A stretch of 64,000 nucleotides of DNA from Tubulanus polymorphus (GCF_964204645.1 NC_134034.1:4295814-4359813); one strand, 5' to 3'; numbered from the stretch's first letter, positions 14,201 through 28,338 are shown. Notes: a model not told the origin generated them from the letters alone. A program made the numbers and translations.

Positions 14201-14370
14201 TCGCGTGTCATCAGCTGTAGAATATGGATCCCCAATCAAGGATCTATTTTCATGGAATTTCTTTTAGTTCCATATTACTACGCTTTTATATTTCAGCTTG
14301 CGCATTAATTCCCCGATTTACTCCAAAAGTATCTCTACACGTTGCACTATAATGTCGTATATCGGACTTA

Positions 14371-14708
14371 AGGCGGGCGTAGGTCGGCCTTGCGACGGCT
14401 TGCGACTCACTGCGACGCGACTCACTGCGATCGCCAGCGACGATCGCGTCGCAACGACTCACCGACCTACGCTACCTTGCGACTGCCAGCGACGGGTTGC
14501 GACTGCCAGCGACGCCAATCGCAATGAGTCGCATATGTTCTACTTTCTGCGACGCGATGCGACCGTCGCAACCGATCTACGCGCTCTTGCGACTGGGAGC
14601 AACTAGTCGCACACAGTCGCTGACAATCGCGTCGCAACCGAATTACGCCCCCGCTTGTGACGCAACGCGACGATCGCGTCGCGTCGCAAGGTCGACCTAC
14701 GCCCGGCT
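14371..14708. mobile_element. PIF/Harbinger (Tourist-like) MITE
   Basis: TIR aggcgggcgtaggtcggccttgcgac / gtcgcaaggtcgacctacgcccggct; TTA on both sides (14368-14370, 14709-14711); internal GCGAC/GTCGC iterations. Confidence 0.8.
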
Positions 14709-16832
14709 TTAGGCCCTAGTCCTTAGTTATGAAGATAGGCTATAACTTTGAGATCGGCCCACAACCAATGCAGCAATCCACCCTATTTTTGCTGAAATAA
14801 TATTTTCACAACCTGGCATAAGGACTTTTTTCACATACAGTGGGATATCAATGCCGGTCGTTCTGTTCTAGAATCACTCAAGTGCTCAGAAAATTATTTA
14901 TCTTTTTTTTCAATTTTCTAGGGGCACCCTTGACCCCATTTATGACTTAGCGTCTACGGCGCTCGCGTTCATGAACCGATTACGTGTACGTATAGGTCTC
15001 GTAGTTTTGCCCCCTCCCCTCCCTTCAGTCCCTGCATCCGCCCCTGAACAGTACGTACGTACCAATTAAATCGCAGTTCATTTATCAAAAATCAAAAATT
15101 ATGAAAACGATATTTCGGACGATGGACAACATGTCTGGCGGTTGTGATCATTCACACCCGCCGATTGTCTCTATAGAGAGTATTTTATAGTCTAGATTTG
15201 CGCGGTGCGTCATATTCGTTTTTGATTTCATAATAATTTTCGTGCCGACGCCGATTCATCGAATTCCGAGCCTTTCAATTAAACCTTCACAGTAAATCAT
15301 GTAGGCCTCGCTTGTTATGAGGGTTTTGGATGAAAACAACGAACGTCGCATAAAATGTAAAGCGCTGATACGCGTCAAAGCTAAAATAAACAGACGAATC
15401 GAAAAAACAGGTTTTTATGGTCATTGAGAATAGAAATCGAAATATCGTATATCGTTAGACCAGATTACCGGCTAGATTACAGGTCTGGTTCACTATTCAT
15501 GAAAGAGGAATTTTTTTGTTAAAAGTACGGTAATGTGCTCACACAATGTCGTATCCGGTGAGTACTCGCAATTCACATCTTCACGCATATTTTGTTTGTT
15601 TTGTTTGTTTTGGCTTAACGTCACGTCACCTTGATCTTGGTTTCCCCAAACGAATTAGGCTGTTGGATCATTTCTAACCTCAAAATAGAAAATTAGCTCC
15701 GTTTTTCATACATTTGGCCTCAAATTAAGTTAGTTTGGGAACATGTGCAAAATTGTGAACCAAAACGAATGGAAAAGTAAAACCGAGTGAATCTTTTGAA
15801 ATCGATGCTCATTAGATTTTCTTGAGGACGGCATCTGGTTGGAACTTCGTCAATGAGAACTTCATTGGGACTCCAAACCCCCTAAATACGGGCCTCCATT
15901 AATATCTTAATTGATTATAGAGCGCGTGATCATTGAGAGAATGGGTCGATGGTTACAGCCGCCACAGGTCCGTGTCGCGTATAACGATACCGGTAATCTT
16001 GAGACGGTCGCGGTGTCGCGTTTCAGCTTCATGGCAGTTCGGGTCAAACGCAATCGCGTCGGATATTGAAAAATAACAAGCTGTCTGCCGGAGATAACTG
16101 ACATTTGGTGAGAAATATCTTTTCGCTTTTTCCATCCATCCGTTCTTTTTTATTTCTCGTGTTTTTCTTCGTTTTTTGTGTTCACATGTTCACGCCAGGA
16201 CCCGGGTCGACAGTGTCGGGCATCAAGCCGATCGCGAGTTGGTCGAACACGAGTTGGGATACGACCGCCAGATTCGATTAAGCGCGCTAGCATTGACAAT
16301 AATCTCAAGACGTTTCTGGCTGAGTAACTCGCTTATCGAGCCCGTGATCCGTCAAATGTCAACTATTTCAAAAGATCACACATCTGTCCGTATCTGTATC
16401 TGGATACGATACGCCGACAGTGACCAATTACGGCGTGTTAGTCGCCTGTCGAGAGATGGATGTTGTTTATTGTTACAGCGAAGTCTCGCTCGGAAGGCGT
16501 CCACTGGTGGTAAAACAAAGGTGTCGTCTTAAGTCGATAAATATCTCATTGAAGAACGGATGCTGATTCCTTTAAATCTATTTTCGCTGGTTGAACTAAG
16601 TAGCTGATTCTACTCACAGTGGCAGTTTTTTGGGTAGATACGGACAACACTGTTGATATGAGAGAATGAAAAGAAAACAAGTCCCACAATCACGAAATCG
16701 TTTTTTTCAAAATATCGTTTCTTCCGAAGCTAATACATACGAATCCAATTTTTCGGTTTTCAACTAAAAGCTATTTTCGACGAGGAATCAACTAAAAACC
16801 ATTATCTATTAGAGGAATAAATAATCATCAAT

Positions 16833-17091
16833 TCATAGAGAATCCCACACTAATAAAACGAAAGATTAAGTCGGAAAAGTTTTTTTCTTTCAGCTATTGA
16901 TTTATTCATCCGACGTTACGATTATATCCTAATAGTCATCATCAGGACTGATATAGTCGAAAAGTCGGATGAATAAATTTAAAGCAGAAAGAATGAAAAA
17001 CTTTGCGGACTTTATCTTCCGTTTTATGAGTGTGGAATTCGGTATATCGCCACACGTTAACACGTTATAGTGTTTCATCAACTGGTTTATC
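16833..17091. mobile_element. Fold-back hammerhead element, family D
   Basis: Inverted arms meet at about 16945 at the core (minus CTGATGA-T-GACTAT..; plus ATAGTC-GAAAAGTC). TSD AATAATYATCAAT at 16820-16832 and 17092-17104. Confidence 0.75.
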
Positions 17092-19894
17092 AATAATTAT
17101 CAATAATTTGATTCCTTGAATGGTATATTGTTGAAAAAATTATTATCATTTATGTTATTTGTCAAGGCGTCAATAAACTTTCAAATCAAAATTTCTTGTT
17201 TAACCCAAAGTTGTACAACTTAAGATGCCGGAGGGTGATAGAGGCTACGTATAGCTAGAACTATTCACCGAAGCATTCCATCAATCGCCTGTTAGAAGAC
17301 GGCGTAAGAATTTTATTTCGTTTTCCTTGGATACAATGACGCATTCAAAGACGTACGTGCAATAATAACAATAATAGTAATGAAAAAAAGCTAATTCAAC
17401 CCTCCGAGTAAAAACCCAGTCGTAAACCAGAGTTTCTGCCGTCGCTCAGCGAGAAGAGTAAATATTATCATTTCAGTCAGACGCGAGGCTTAACGGTACA
17501 GACATTAATCGCACTCGGAACAGCCATCCACTTTACTGGCATTTTATCATTACGTTTGGTGGATTCGAGTCAAGTTTTGGAGCGATTCTCGCGATGAAAT
17601 GGCTGCTGCATTTGATTACTCGAACGCGTATGATAACGCCTGTTCAGACGATTATCGACGTTACTAGATCGGTGTTAGAAATTACTCAATCTCTCTAAAA
17701 TCTGAAAATTCGGCATCCCCCGTTATTGTTCGGGAATTTCTATCCTTTGGACTTAATCTTCGTAAAATTCCGGACTATATCGTAAATTTCCGTAATATCG
17801 CGCGTGATAATCTGGAGCATCTCGTGACGTTTGGGTGGTCCCCCGCATCTCGGATCATACCGTATCTTTCTCGGACATCTCGCGTAGATTTCTAGAAAAA
17901 CTGGCAACGTTTTTTTTCTCGTGTTTCAAAGTCGTGCGCGGGATAATATATCCGACGCTGCCGATATTTCGTAACTATTCTCGGAACTTCCAAATTGCAT
18001 CTTAGTAACGCGGATTAAGGTGATTCGATTAGCGACAGATGTGTGACGCGTTGATCTTCCTAGCTTGCGTCACCGGGTATTAAACCTTAATATACGTATA
18101 CACGGCATTAATCAGTCTGGACCAGGAGATATATATATATATGATCGCGCATTGAAAGAATACCAGTAAATAAAGTCGTTGTGTAATAAATTGTTTATTT
18201 CCTTCCACAGCGCATCGGATATCCCAACATGTTGGTCCAATAGAGTGCAAGGAGCAGTAGTTGTTTTTTACGAACAGGAGTATATGTTATAATGTACATG
18301 CTTCATTATGGAATTTGTCGGAGGTGGAGCGTTAACGCGTTAATGACCCACATCTCTCCTCACCCTGTCACGAAATGAGCTTCATAAGTACATTTTGTTT
18401 GAGTTGAAAATGACCTATATTTCAAAGGGCCTCGAGTGTCAGCACTTAAACTGTTTTCTCGTTGGATACCTGTCCGTCTAGTGTCACTTGTCTTTGGATA
18501 TATTGAAATCTTCGTTTAGTCGTAGACGGCAGTGCTAGTACCATAGTTGTGTTTTGTCTGATCCAATTCAAAAGCGTGCTATAGACGCGTGTCTAATGCT
18601 GTGATATTAAGAAAAAAAGGTAAGGCGCAACTTCATATTTCACTTGAATCAATTGACTATTCATCATGATTTGGTTAGCATACCCAATCGTATCTAATGG
18701 ATGGCAATCATTTTCATTTTTATCTTATGTAAATTTCGTGTGTTCGTTCCATCGATGGACCATGCAGAAGTGAAATTGCGCCAAAGAAATTCATAGATCA
18801 TGAAAGGCGAAGTACTAGTGCCAATGTTTTGATGAGAAATGTTGAAACCTTGGAAGTAATGATGAGCAGACTGCAGAGGTGGATCTAGGGTCTTATTTAG
18901 GGAGAGTTGCACCCCCAGAAATACGGCATATCATAAAAGGACACCCCGAAAGAAAGCTTATCGGAAAACATTAACAGTTCTTTTTTAAATACGGCGAGAA
19001 GCTTTTTTGGCATCAATCTAGTATTTTTCGTTATCCCGTAAAATTTAAAGGCAACTTGACATTTTTAGGAGGGGGTGCGCAAACTGGTCAGGTGGACCAT
19101 TTCTATTGGTCTACTGGTAAGCACGCTCGCTTACTACGTACGAGATCCGGGTTCGGTCCCCAGGCCGGGAATTTCACGAGATTCCGCTGTCGCTTCATTA
19201 TCGAGATATTGGCCGGGGACGCACAGCGATCTCTCATCTTGGTGAATATCTTGTGAATATCTAAAAACAACATCGTATGATTTATACTGATAATATAAAT
19301 TACCAAGAAGCTGGGTACTTTTAAGAATTACGACATCAAGCTGTATACCAAGGTACGATCCCCGATAAGCGCACGTAATTTGGCTGTCACGCCTTGATCG
19401 TTAAGGTAAAGTTAATTGTGCCTTTATCAATTACAGCTACGCCCCCTGCACAAATAACTGCCGCCCCTTCCGAACGCTGGTTTTGGAAATAGATAATCCG
19501 TATTGCATCTTGAAACTCGTAAAAAATTATCCTCCGATATACCACCGTACTCTCCATAATACAAATCAGTAATCGCCCATACGGCCTTTAAAACAGGAAC
19601 CGAGTTGCCGAAATCTCAACGTTATTTTTTCCATAACAAAACTAATCCGGCTATTGAAGCAACGGCTTCTACTTACTACGTCATTGCATATCATCGCGTA
19701 CCCGGTAGGCCTGTTCCATTAACACAAACAAGTATTCGGAATCTCCGGAGGTCTATAGAACACGTCTTAAAGAGGGTAAATCTTCCCTGGGAGAGGTGAA
19801 AAAAATCGTAGACATTTGCATCCTTATCTTCTTCAATTCAAATATACGCATGATTGAAACTGCACATTTCTCGTTAACGCTGACAAGGAAAAAA

Positions 19895-20990
19895 GAAACG
19901 AGACATGCGTAATGAATACTCCTCGGCCAATGAGTGACAATCATGTGGGGAATGCAAAATCAGAGTACATATATTCCTGTCACTAAGTTTCATCCCTCGA
20001 GTAGGTTACAATATGACGGCCGTCTTGAATAAAATATATGCGTGAAAACTCCAGGGTCCATCTTCCTGCTGCCTTTAACACAGATACCGAGTCATCCGCT
20101 GCAAATCAGTAAAAACCTATAGATTATAGAGCAAGAACGAGGCTCATAATATCTATTTTAAAGAGGAATTTAGTTGCTGCAGCCATCTTGGATGACCTAC
20201 ATATGTCAAAATCAATAGGGTCCTATCCAACTCCCATCATTAAACCTCATATCAAGTAATGAAGAAAACTAATCCTAAACTCTACACCTAACAGCGGTAA
20301 CAAGCAGCAAATTGGCTATTTTAGACACCGATATATCTGTGGCAGCCATCTTGGATGGCCTACATACACCAAAAATATTACATCATGTCTTCAGTACCAT
20401 ATCGCAGGATGTTACTTGTCCCCAGGGAGAGATGACTGATACACGGAATAAAGTTATAGGCTGGAAGTAATACAAACTTTGGTGCGCATCTGAACTGACT
20501 CTGGTTAGAATACCTGCGCTATATAAATGTCAATTATTTCAATTATTATTAGTATCATCATTGGAAATCAGTGCAAAACTGCAGACTGTAGAACAGGAAA
20601 AAGCTCCAAAATGGCTATTTCACAAACCAAAATGACTGCAGAAGTCATCTTGGAAGACAGACCTATATGTCGAAAGAATAGGGCTCCTTCATTATACAAC
20701 TACACAGATGAAGTAATAAAAAAATGGTCTGAAATTGCAGACTGTATCTAGCGGGAAAAAGTTCTCGTACAAACCAAAATGACTGTGGCGGCCATCTTGG
20801 TTAACCTACATGAGTTGAAAACAGTAGCATTCATCCACATAAGCATCTACAACAAATGTACCAAGTCATAAGAAAGTCAATCCTAATCTGGAAGTGGACA
20901 CGATATCTGCACGCCCATCAGGACATACCGACGGATACAGGCAATGGCAATACTCCTCGCGCGTCCAACGGTCGAGCGGTTCAACCGATG
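19895..20990. mobile_element. Degenerate pearl/HINE (Helentron-associated)-like element with about 155-bp internal repeats
   Basis: GCAGCCATCTTGG-type units at about 20018, 20179, 20342, 20642 and 20788; AATACTCCTCG near both ends (19915, 20949); ggacataccgacggatac microsatellite-like block. Confidence 0.5.
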
Positions 20991-23900
20991 TGTGTACGGT
21001 ACAACATGTACACAGAAAGAGACAACAGGACCCAATTCCGCAGTTGTGAGTTGAGATTTGACGCAAGATTCACTCATTGAAATGAATTTTTGAAATGAAT
21101 ATTTCTAACTCGGAGTCAACTCTAACTCAGAACAGAACTGGATCCAGTACTAGCCAGTACTCCACGTGTTGAGGTCCTTTCAACACAAATCTGTACCCTG
21201 CAGCGATCAGCTGCCACAGCATGTCTTCCCGTCGTTTACCTGCTGGAGATATATCAAAACTTTCGAAAATGTGATTGCAATTTATTCCAATTAATTATTT
21301 ATTTTGCATATTAATAGTGAATCGTAATTAGAACCTGAGCAGACATCAAACAACCATTCAGCACCTGGCGCCCAGACCTGGCATGTGCCGTTTACCTAAT
21401 TATAAATCGCGTATATAAATCGTTTTCAGACAGAACTAATCATATTTTATGGCCATTTAAAGTGTATGCGTTCATTATGCGCCGGAATTTAATGCTTTTT
21501 ACGTTAACATTAAGGAGATATAAGGCCACGAAAAAATACCCTTGTTTCTCATCAGCCCTTCTTCGGAAAAGTAGGTTCTTATTTTTACCTTCCTCAGAAA
21601 ATGATATGAGAAACAATAGAAACCTTTTCCCCAGTTCCAAACGTGACAAGGGTGACTATTTTCATTTTCCAAATGGGGAAAGTAGGCGTCAACGACCTCT
21701 AAGCACTCCCTTACCGAGGTACTCACTTGCCACAGTAAGAATTTGGTAGCGATAGTGTAGAAAAACATAAACATGTGTGATTAGGTTGTTCATCGGGAAG
21801 TGTGCGGGAGTTTTTTAAAAAAGAAACGAAAACTGATTTCTGCATGCTTCATGCCCGTTATTCGATGTTTTTGACTGTGTTCTAATAGTCATCTGCGGGA
21901 TGGCCTGGTAACACTTTCCAGTCCATCAGCGATTCCTTGCGACAGTTAGCCCTTGCGACTTTCAGCGACAGTCGAAATGGACAGGCACGTGCCGAGCTTT
22001 TTCTTGAGGGGCAGTTCTATTTCAAGAAAAAGGGCACTTATTCACCGTTAAAATGGAAAAAGGGGCACTTATAGACTTTTTCATTTTCTTTGAAAAATAA
22101 AGATGATTATAATTATATTATTATTATCATTATTATAGACCGATGAAGGATAGGCACCGGCACTTTCAGCTCAATCAATCCTGTGCCTCTCTAGGGTAAT
22201 AGATACTTAATAGACTGTTTTCTAAATAACGCACACTACGTGTGACGAAAATGGGCCCCAAAAGACGAAACGCGTGATTAGAATTTAATAATATATAGTT
22301 GAATTCGCGTTTTAAGGTGGACAGAGATACAGTGTTTCCCGTTAATTAGCTTTTTACTAAAAATACTTGATTGATGTAAAAGGGTTCGAACTCGCAACGT
22401 TAAAAGATTAAATACAGTATCACTAACAATCCCTGTTTTAAGATGAACATATTTATGAACACAAGTAACTTTATCTGTACTTCGATTTCCGATCTCAATA
22501 TCAACCCCCCCCCCCTGTTTCGCTCCCGACAGGTATGGTGGGTTTGCAAGGGTCACAAAATAAATAAAAAATCAAACGAAATTTACCAACCAAATTAATA
22601 ACAGAAACCTCGTGCGAAAAAATAGTAATGTTAAAGCTGAAAAGATGTATGTTTTGATTGTGTTGTGATGATTTTTTTATCTCCTTCGAGACTATTTTGA
22701 GGAAACTGAAATGAGGGGCGCCCCTCAAAAGAGTGTTGAAAATCGTTGTTTTGGCACTAAAACGAGGAGCGTCCAACGAAAAAGTGTAAAATCGCTGTTT
22801 TGGCACTAAAACGAGGGGCGATCTCTATTTCAAGATAACAAAATGAACATAATGAGATGAAATTGACTTCCACCCATCTTCAAATTGTATTTGAAAATCG
22901 GAATGAAATAATAACAGTTGCTTGGGCCTGTATCGAGGGCGTTCGCCCGACGATTCCTCGTTGTAATTGAACTTACGTCTGCTGAGCGCCCGGATGTGAC
23001 TCCGACAACCTTCATTTTGATGTATCCTCGGCTTTTTCCGCTACGGCGCAACGGGTCACTCCGATTACACCCTCGAGGACCATTACTAATCCGGTGATGG
23101 ATTAACCGGTACGGTACTCTCAGTCACGTTACATACACTGTAAACGAAAATCGCCGCTTGAGAAATTTAAAGTTTTGACTTTTCGGATTGTAGTTTGTGT
23201 ATTCCTGTGGCGTGCTACCGAGTGTAATCGATGTGCTACCGGCAACAGCCGCAAGATGGCACAGCTAACATCCCCTGTTTGGCTCTCGTTAGGTGTGGTG
23301 GGCCTGTAAGGGATACTCAATCGAAAAGAAAATCGAACGAAATTTACCAACCAAATAAATAACAGGGTTAATCCCTATTTTAAGATCAATATTAAAGGGT
23401 CAAGATTTTACAAAATTAAGAAAAGGCTTGGTTGTATATAGATCCCTCCAATAATACGTAAGTGTTTTGAATAGTGCATGAATGTATCGTCAATAACTTA
23501 TATTTCACCAAAACAAATTTATGCTTGCTGTTGATGGTAAATATTGTGTATTTCATAGTCCCCCTCCGTGTTCCATAGACATGGTTGGAGTGTACGTTAG
23601 ATAAAATCCTAATTCTAGTCTTATCCTTTACGTATGGGTTTACTTTACTTTCGATCTGATTCCCGGACATCCGACACCCCGCATGTTACAAATCAGACGG
23701 GCCTTCAAATAAATTTCGTAATTTATTAAAAACTGGCAGGAATTGGCCGATTAGAATCAAGCTCGTGTATTTCACGCTTTAATTAAAGTATGATCTTCGC
23801 GCGATATTGTGGCAATCGAAGATTAAAGCGGGCCGCACACTACCGTCAAAGCCGTCGCAACCAGTAAGCCGCGGCAATTTATCAGCAACATTGACGCCGA

Positions 23901-25069
23901 AAACTTTTCCCGCACACTAGCAACAACGACGCAGCTTCAAGTGCTGCCTCTGCCACTTTTGCGGCGCGGTGTATCGTTAGTTACTAGTATTTCACTATGT
24001 TAGACAGGTGCTGTCATTTTTCAAGAGAGATACTTACTAATTACATCAGTACACCGCAGTGCGGTGTACTAGCAAAATCTATCACTGATTTATACACCGC
24101 ACTGCGGTGTAGACGCACTGAAAGGGTTAATGCAGGGGCCGATCTAGGATCTGCTTCAGGGAGGGGTACTCCCCCCCCCAAAAAAAAAAAAATTATTAAT
24201 AAACCATACACAATTAAAAGGGCACCAGATCATGATTTCGATGATCTGGTGCCCTTTTAATTATATATGGTTTATTAATAATATTAAGAACATGCTTATA
24301 AATTCAATATGATTTTCTCTTAGAATTTCTGGGTAACTTAATATTTAATTGGGTGCGCACCCCTGCACCCTCCCCTTCACCCCTGAAATGTTATATAAAT
24401 TAATAGAATGGAATGCCGATGACTCAGTTACACAGTCTCTGTTCTGAGTTTAGATTTGACTCGGAGTTAAAACTACATCGAAAAACGAACCGATGTCGAT
24501 TCAGATAGTTAGCCCTGACTGCCGACATTCGGGATGCGAGTTTGTTCATCGCTATGATAAAGAAGTGTCCAGGTTCTAAACGCCTTGTTATCCGAAAATG
24601 GGCGACAATTAACTAAACGAATTATTAACGATAGGCGAGGCGCTTGTTAGGATGTTGAACACTTAATTTCAGATGTGTGTCTTAAATTGCGACGTTACCG
24701 TCAATTTTCGTAATCGTACGTAATTTCGTGACACCGTGATCGGACTGTATTTATTTCGCACTGATTAACGTTTCATTCCGGGTGTGGTTCGTGTTGTTAT
24801 TGCGAGTTATCCGGTTGTATCTGGTCACGCCGTTTGTCACCCGATCGAATTACAACCCGTACTAAGTCGTCCGAAATTTCATATTCGCTCGACATTACGA
24901 ATTACGTAATTCGCTTATTGAATTCCACGCCGAAGTACACGGCATAGCCTTTAGAAATAAAACAGCCCCTTCCACAACTCTCGATATCTACCCAATCTTC
25001 GATATCTACGTCTTCGATATCTACCCGATGACTCGGGTAGAATTTTACCAATCCCAACTTAACCGAGTA

Positions 25070-25305
25070 AGAGTCTTTGAATGTATTTGTCCAATGCTTT
25101 GGAACAAATTGCCTAGATCTCCGTGAGAAAGTGCACCCGTTAATATCTTTAAACGTAATCCTTATACATACCTGTTTAGCCAAACCTACTCCTAAAACCT
25201 ACTTTGAATTGTTTTATTATGCATGTATATACGTACATTCAAACCCGATATACCGCCCTCATCGGTGCAGTGCGATTTTGGCGGTAAACAGATGTATTTG
25301 TATTG
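25070..25305 (+). pseudogene. 3' end of an L2/CR1-clade LINE (decayed RT C-terminus plus 3' UTR)
   Basis: 25070-25195 translates as RVFECICPMLWNKLPRSP*ESAPVNIFKRNPYTYLFSQTYS*, matching the LINE C-terminal PxLWNxLP..FKxxLKTxLF motif. Confidence 0.7.
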
Positions 25306-25719
25306 AGATGTACATTGAGAAAACCTGGTGGTAGGCGGGGATGGCGAAGGGAGTGCAGTAAATCGGGGGTTGACTGTAGTTGGTAATTTTAACAATGTCT
25401 TTGTATAGGTACTGTGTTTTATATTGTGAAGCACAGCAATTATAGATTTGCGCAATATATGAAAATAATGCAGTTCATAGACTCTACCTCAGTACGTATT
25501 TTGTCCCAACCCGGGGTGGGGGAGGGCGGGGCGTGCTGGATGCTCTGGCTGGTGGCAGTTGGAAAATCTTTTACCGGATTAGTTGCAGAGTCTACCGTAT
25601 TTCACAAACTCTGACGTCTTTTCATACATACACTCACTCGAATCAGAAAATTAACAGTTGCTTTCATTCTGAAAGCTCTGAAAGCACCCGGTGTCACTAA
25701 TAAAAAGTTGCGGTGGAAT

Positions 25720-25960
25720 AACGCGCACTCACCGGGATCGAACCCGGGTGTCGTACGCAGAAAGCAAGCGTGCGAACCAGCGGACCAATCGAACTAGTCC
25801 AAGGCCAGTGGTTAAACACCATTTCCCGTATGCGTAACAGCGGAACCCCCTGTTTCGCCCCCGGCAGGTGTGGTGGGTTTGTAAGGGACACCCAATAAAA
25901 AAATGAACAAGCAATCAAACGAAATACCAAGCAGATAGACAATCCCTATATTAAGATCGA
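25720..25960 (-). mobile_element. Repeat with purine tract followed by a TGT-initiated, tRNA-like cassette (family G/H)
   Basis: Minus strand GGGGGCGAAACAGGGGG-ttccgc-TGTTACGCATA..TGGTCCGCTGG..GGGTTCGATCCC. Cassette also at 38900-39028, 19090-19190 and 11418-11470; purine-tract block also at 22505-22605 and 23271-23390. Confidence 0.55.
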
Positions 25961-28105
25961 GAAAAGAACGGAACTGTAAGATCGGGTAACTCACACAAGC
26001 TTATCCGTATGAAAACAAAGTAATGAGTATAACAAAACAAACGATGCGATTATAAGACAAATATCCCATCAATTTTCAAAGGTATTTCTACCATTTTACT
26101 TAATTTCATTGAATGTTAGCGATGTGAATCGCACTTAGCGTTCAACACGAACGTTGTCGGGCTCAACTATATTTCTAAACTATAGGGTTCAGCTTGCAAA
26201 TATCCGATCGCATGTGGAATTGATGAATGATATAAAATCGATGGATGTTTTTTTTTTACAATATTCTATCTCCGATCAGATTTCGACGATACACACATGG
26301 ACGTGCGTCAGATATAGAGTACTCAGTGTATTACTTTTAAGAACAGCTGTAATACGCTACGGACCGAATTATTTTTCACAAGAGTTTCGTCATCGCGTTC
26401 GCAATGCGCATGCTCTACGCTGCGTTTTGTTCGTAAACACGATTCACGTTTGATACCGATGATAATAATGATAGTAATATTTATCTTCGTAAACCAAAAT
26501 GTGCAATGCATGCGATGTTATATACTGTTATTGATTGTGTATCGACGTTCTGTATCGAATTGTAACCTCCCCATTAGTGCTAAACGAACCGATCGAAATG
26601 GCTGTTCCGAAGAAATGAAAAGATAACGTTGATCCGGTGGGCGAATAACTAATTGCATCATCAGCAGTGAATCTTTGAGGAAACTGTACTGTTCACCTGA
26701 CAAGAAACCAGATAACTAACTTGAAAGTATATTGAAGGGAGATTAACATATAGGCCGGACAGGTTACCTAATGTTATCGACGATCGGATCCTCACTTGCC
26801 AGGGTTTGGTAGCCTCCCACCGAAGCTCACGCCCACACAAACCGGGGCGGCAAACCTTCATTGGTCTACGAGGACACTACGTTCGACTGTGGCAATGGAA
26901 TATTCCACGTATGGCAAGTGAGGATCCATCAGGTTCGCTAGTGCGCATTCGGACAACAACTCCCGGATTTTTTCTCAGGTTAATTTAGAATCTATTCATA
27001 ATTTTTCATATTCTGCATGTGGTGATAAGTTAAGTTCAACCTATATTTGAACGTTAAGATCATCTGAGTTTATCAAGAGGAGTGTTTTTTTTCCAATTTC
27101 TGATGAGGGAGGCTAAAAATCTAGATGAAAGTTCATTGAATATGGATTGATCATCTAAGGAAAATTAACTCGAAAACACAACTCGACGAAATCTTTGACA
27201 CAGTTCATTCCTTCAGCCGTCCTCGTTTGCCTGGGTTTTTGGGGGATCGGGGGTTTGAACGACCCCTTTTTGAAAATTCCCATACGATCGTCGCATAGGG
27301 AATTGACCTCGACAATGCGATGGCAGCACTTTACGATCGTCGAAGTGTCGTCACCAGTCACAATCAACGCCTGTTTATTGCACTTACCCGATTACTGGAT
27401 ATTTACTGTGAGAGATATTGTTTTAAGTTTTACCTAGTAGATTGCGTCAGAATGCATCTCCAAGAAACAAAAATTCCCGGCCTTCGGCCAGCGTTCCGTA
27501 CTTCCGCGACTTTTAGTAAAATATTACGTACTCGACCCCCGTAGAAAATTCCTGGTGCCACCCATGATTGGGCATAACATCGCCCAAGATTTCTTGGGTG
27601 GATACGTTCCCTCTCAGCGCCTACCAGTCTATAGCCAAGCAGATGCATTATTTTACCGGCACGACGTTTGCTCTATAGATACCACGCATCTGATTGGCTA
27701 GATATATAGACTGGTGGTAGCTGCGTGGGAACCTGTCCGCCGCAAGAAATCTTAACAATGTTATAGACCAATGAACGGTTTGCAGCGAGGGGTTGTGTTT
27801 TGGCGTGAGCTCCAGCGGGGCGCAATCAAACCCTGGCAAGCGAGGTTGTTCCTCAGCGATTACCTTACTATCAGCGGGCAGATTCATTAAAACGTATCCG
27901 GTTTTACAAAACGGAAATCGTTCATTCCCGAGTTTATTAATCTTTTGGGCTATTTTTCAACAACAAGTACGAGTTGATTAGCCCGTCGTCAATGATTTAT
28001 ATCGTTACGTGGCCTTGTTTCTAGACCACTTCATTATTACTCCAATGTTTGTTGACAGAAGCCGCCGGGCCATATGCTGTAAAGCGGCAAGTACACGGCG
28101 ATTAG

Positions 28106-28338
28106 AGAGAAGGTTCGCAGAGGAGCCGTGTTAACCGGGTGTAGAATTAACGCACCGAGACGAGTAGTACTTTATAGGTGTAACGAGTTTATTTGACGCT
28201 CGAGCTTTCGCTATTAGTGCATAGTAGCTTCGTCAGGTGAATGAGTAATGAAGCTACTATATATCCGTAGCAAAAGCTCGTGCGTCGGATCAACTAGCTA
28301 AACCTAGAAGTTACCATTCGAGTTGAATTTATTCTACA
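28106..28338. mobile_element. Fold-back hammerhead element, family F
   Basis: Minus strand CAC-CTGACGA-A-GCTA..TAGC-GAAA-GCTC (28202-28239); TSD GCGATTAG at 28098-28105 and 28339-28346. Confidence 0.75.

Noticed and set aside
14298-14712. Arg/Ala/Thr-rich ORFs
   Set aside because: Products of GCGAC iterations inside a Harbinger-type MITE
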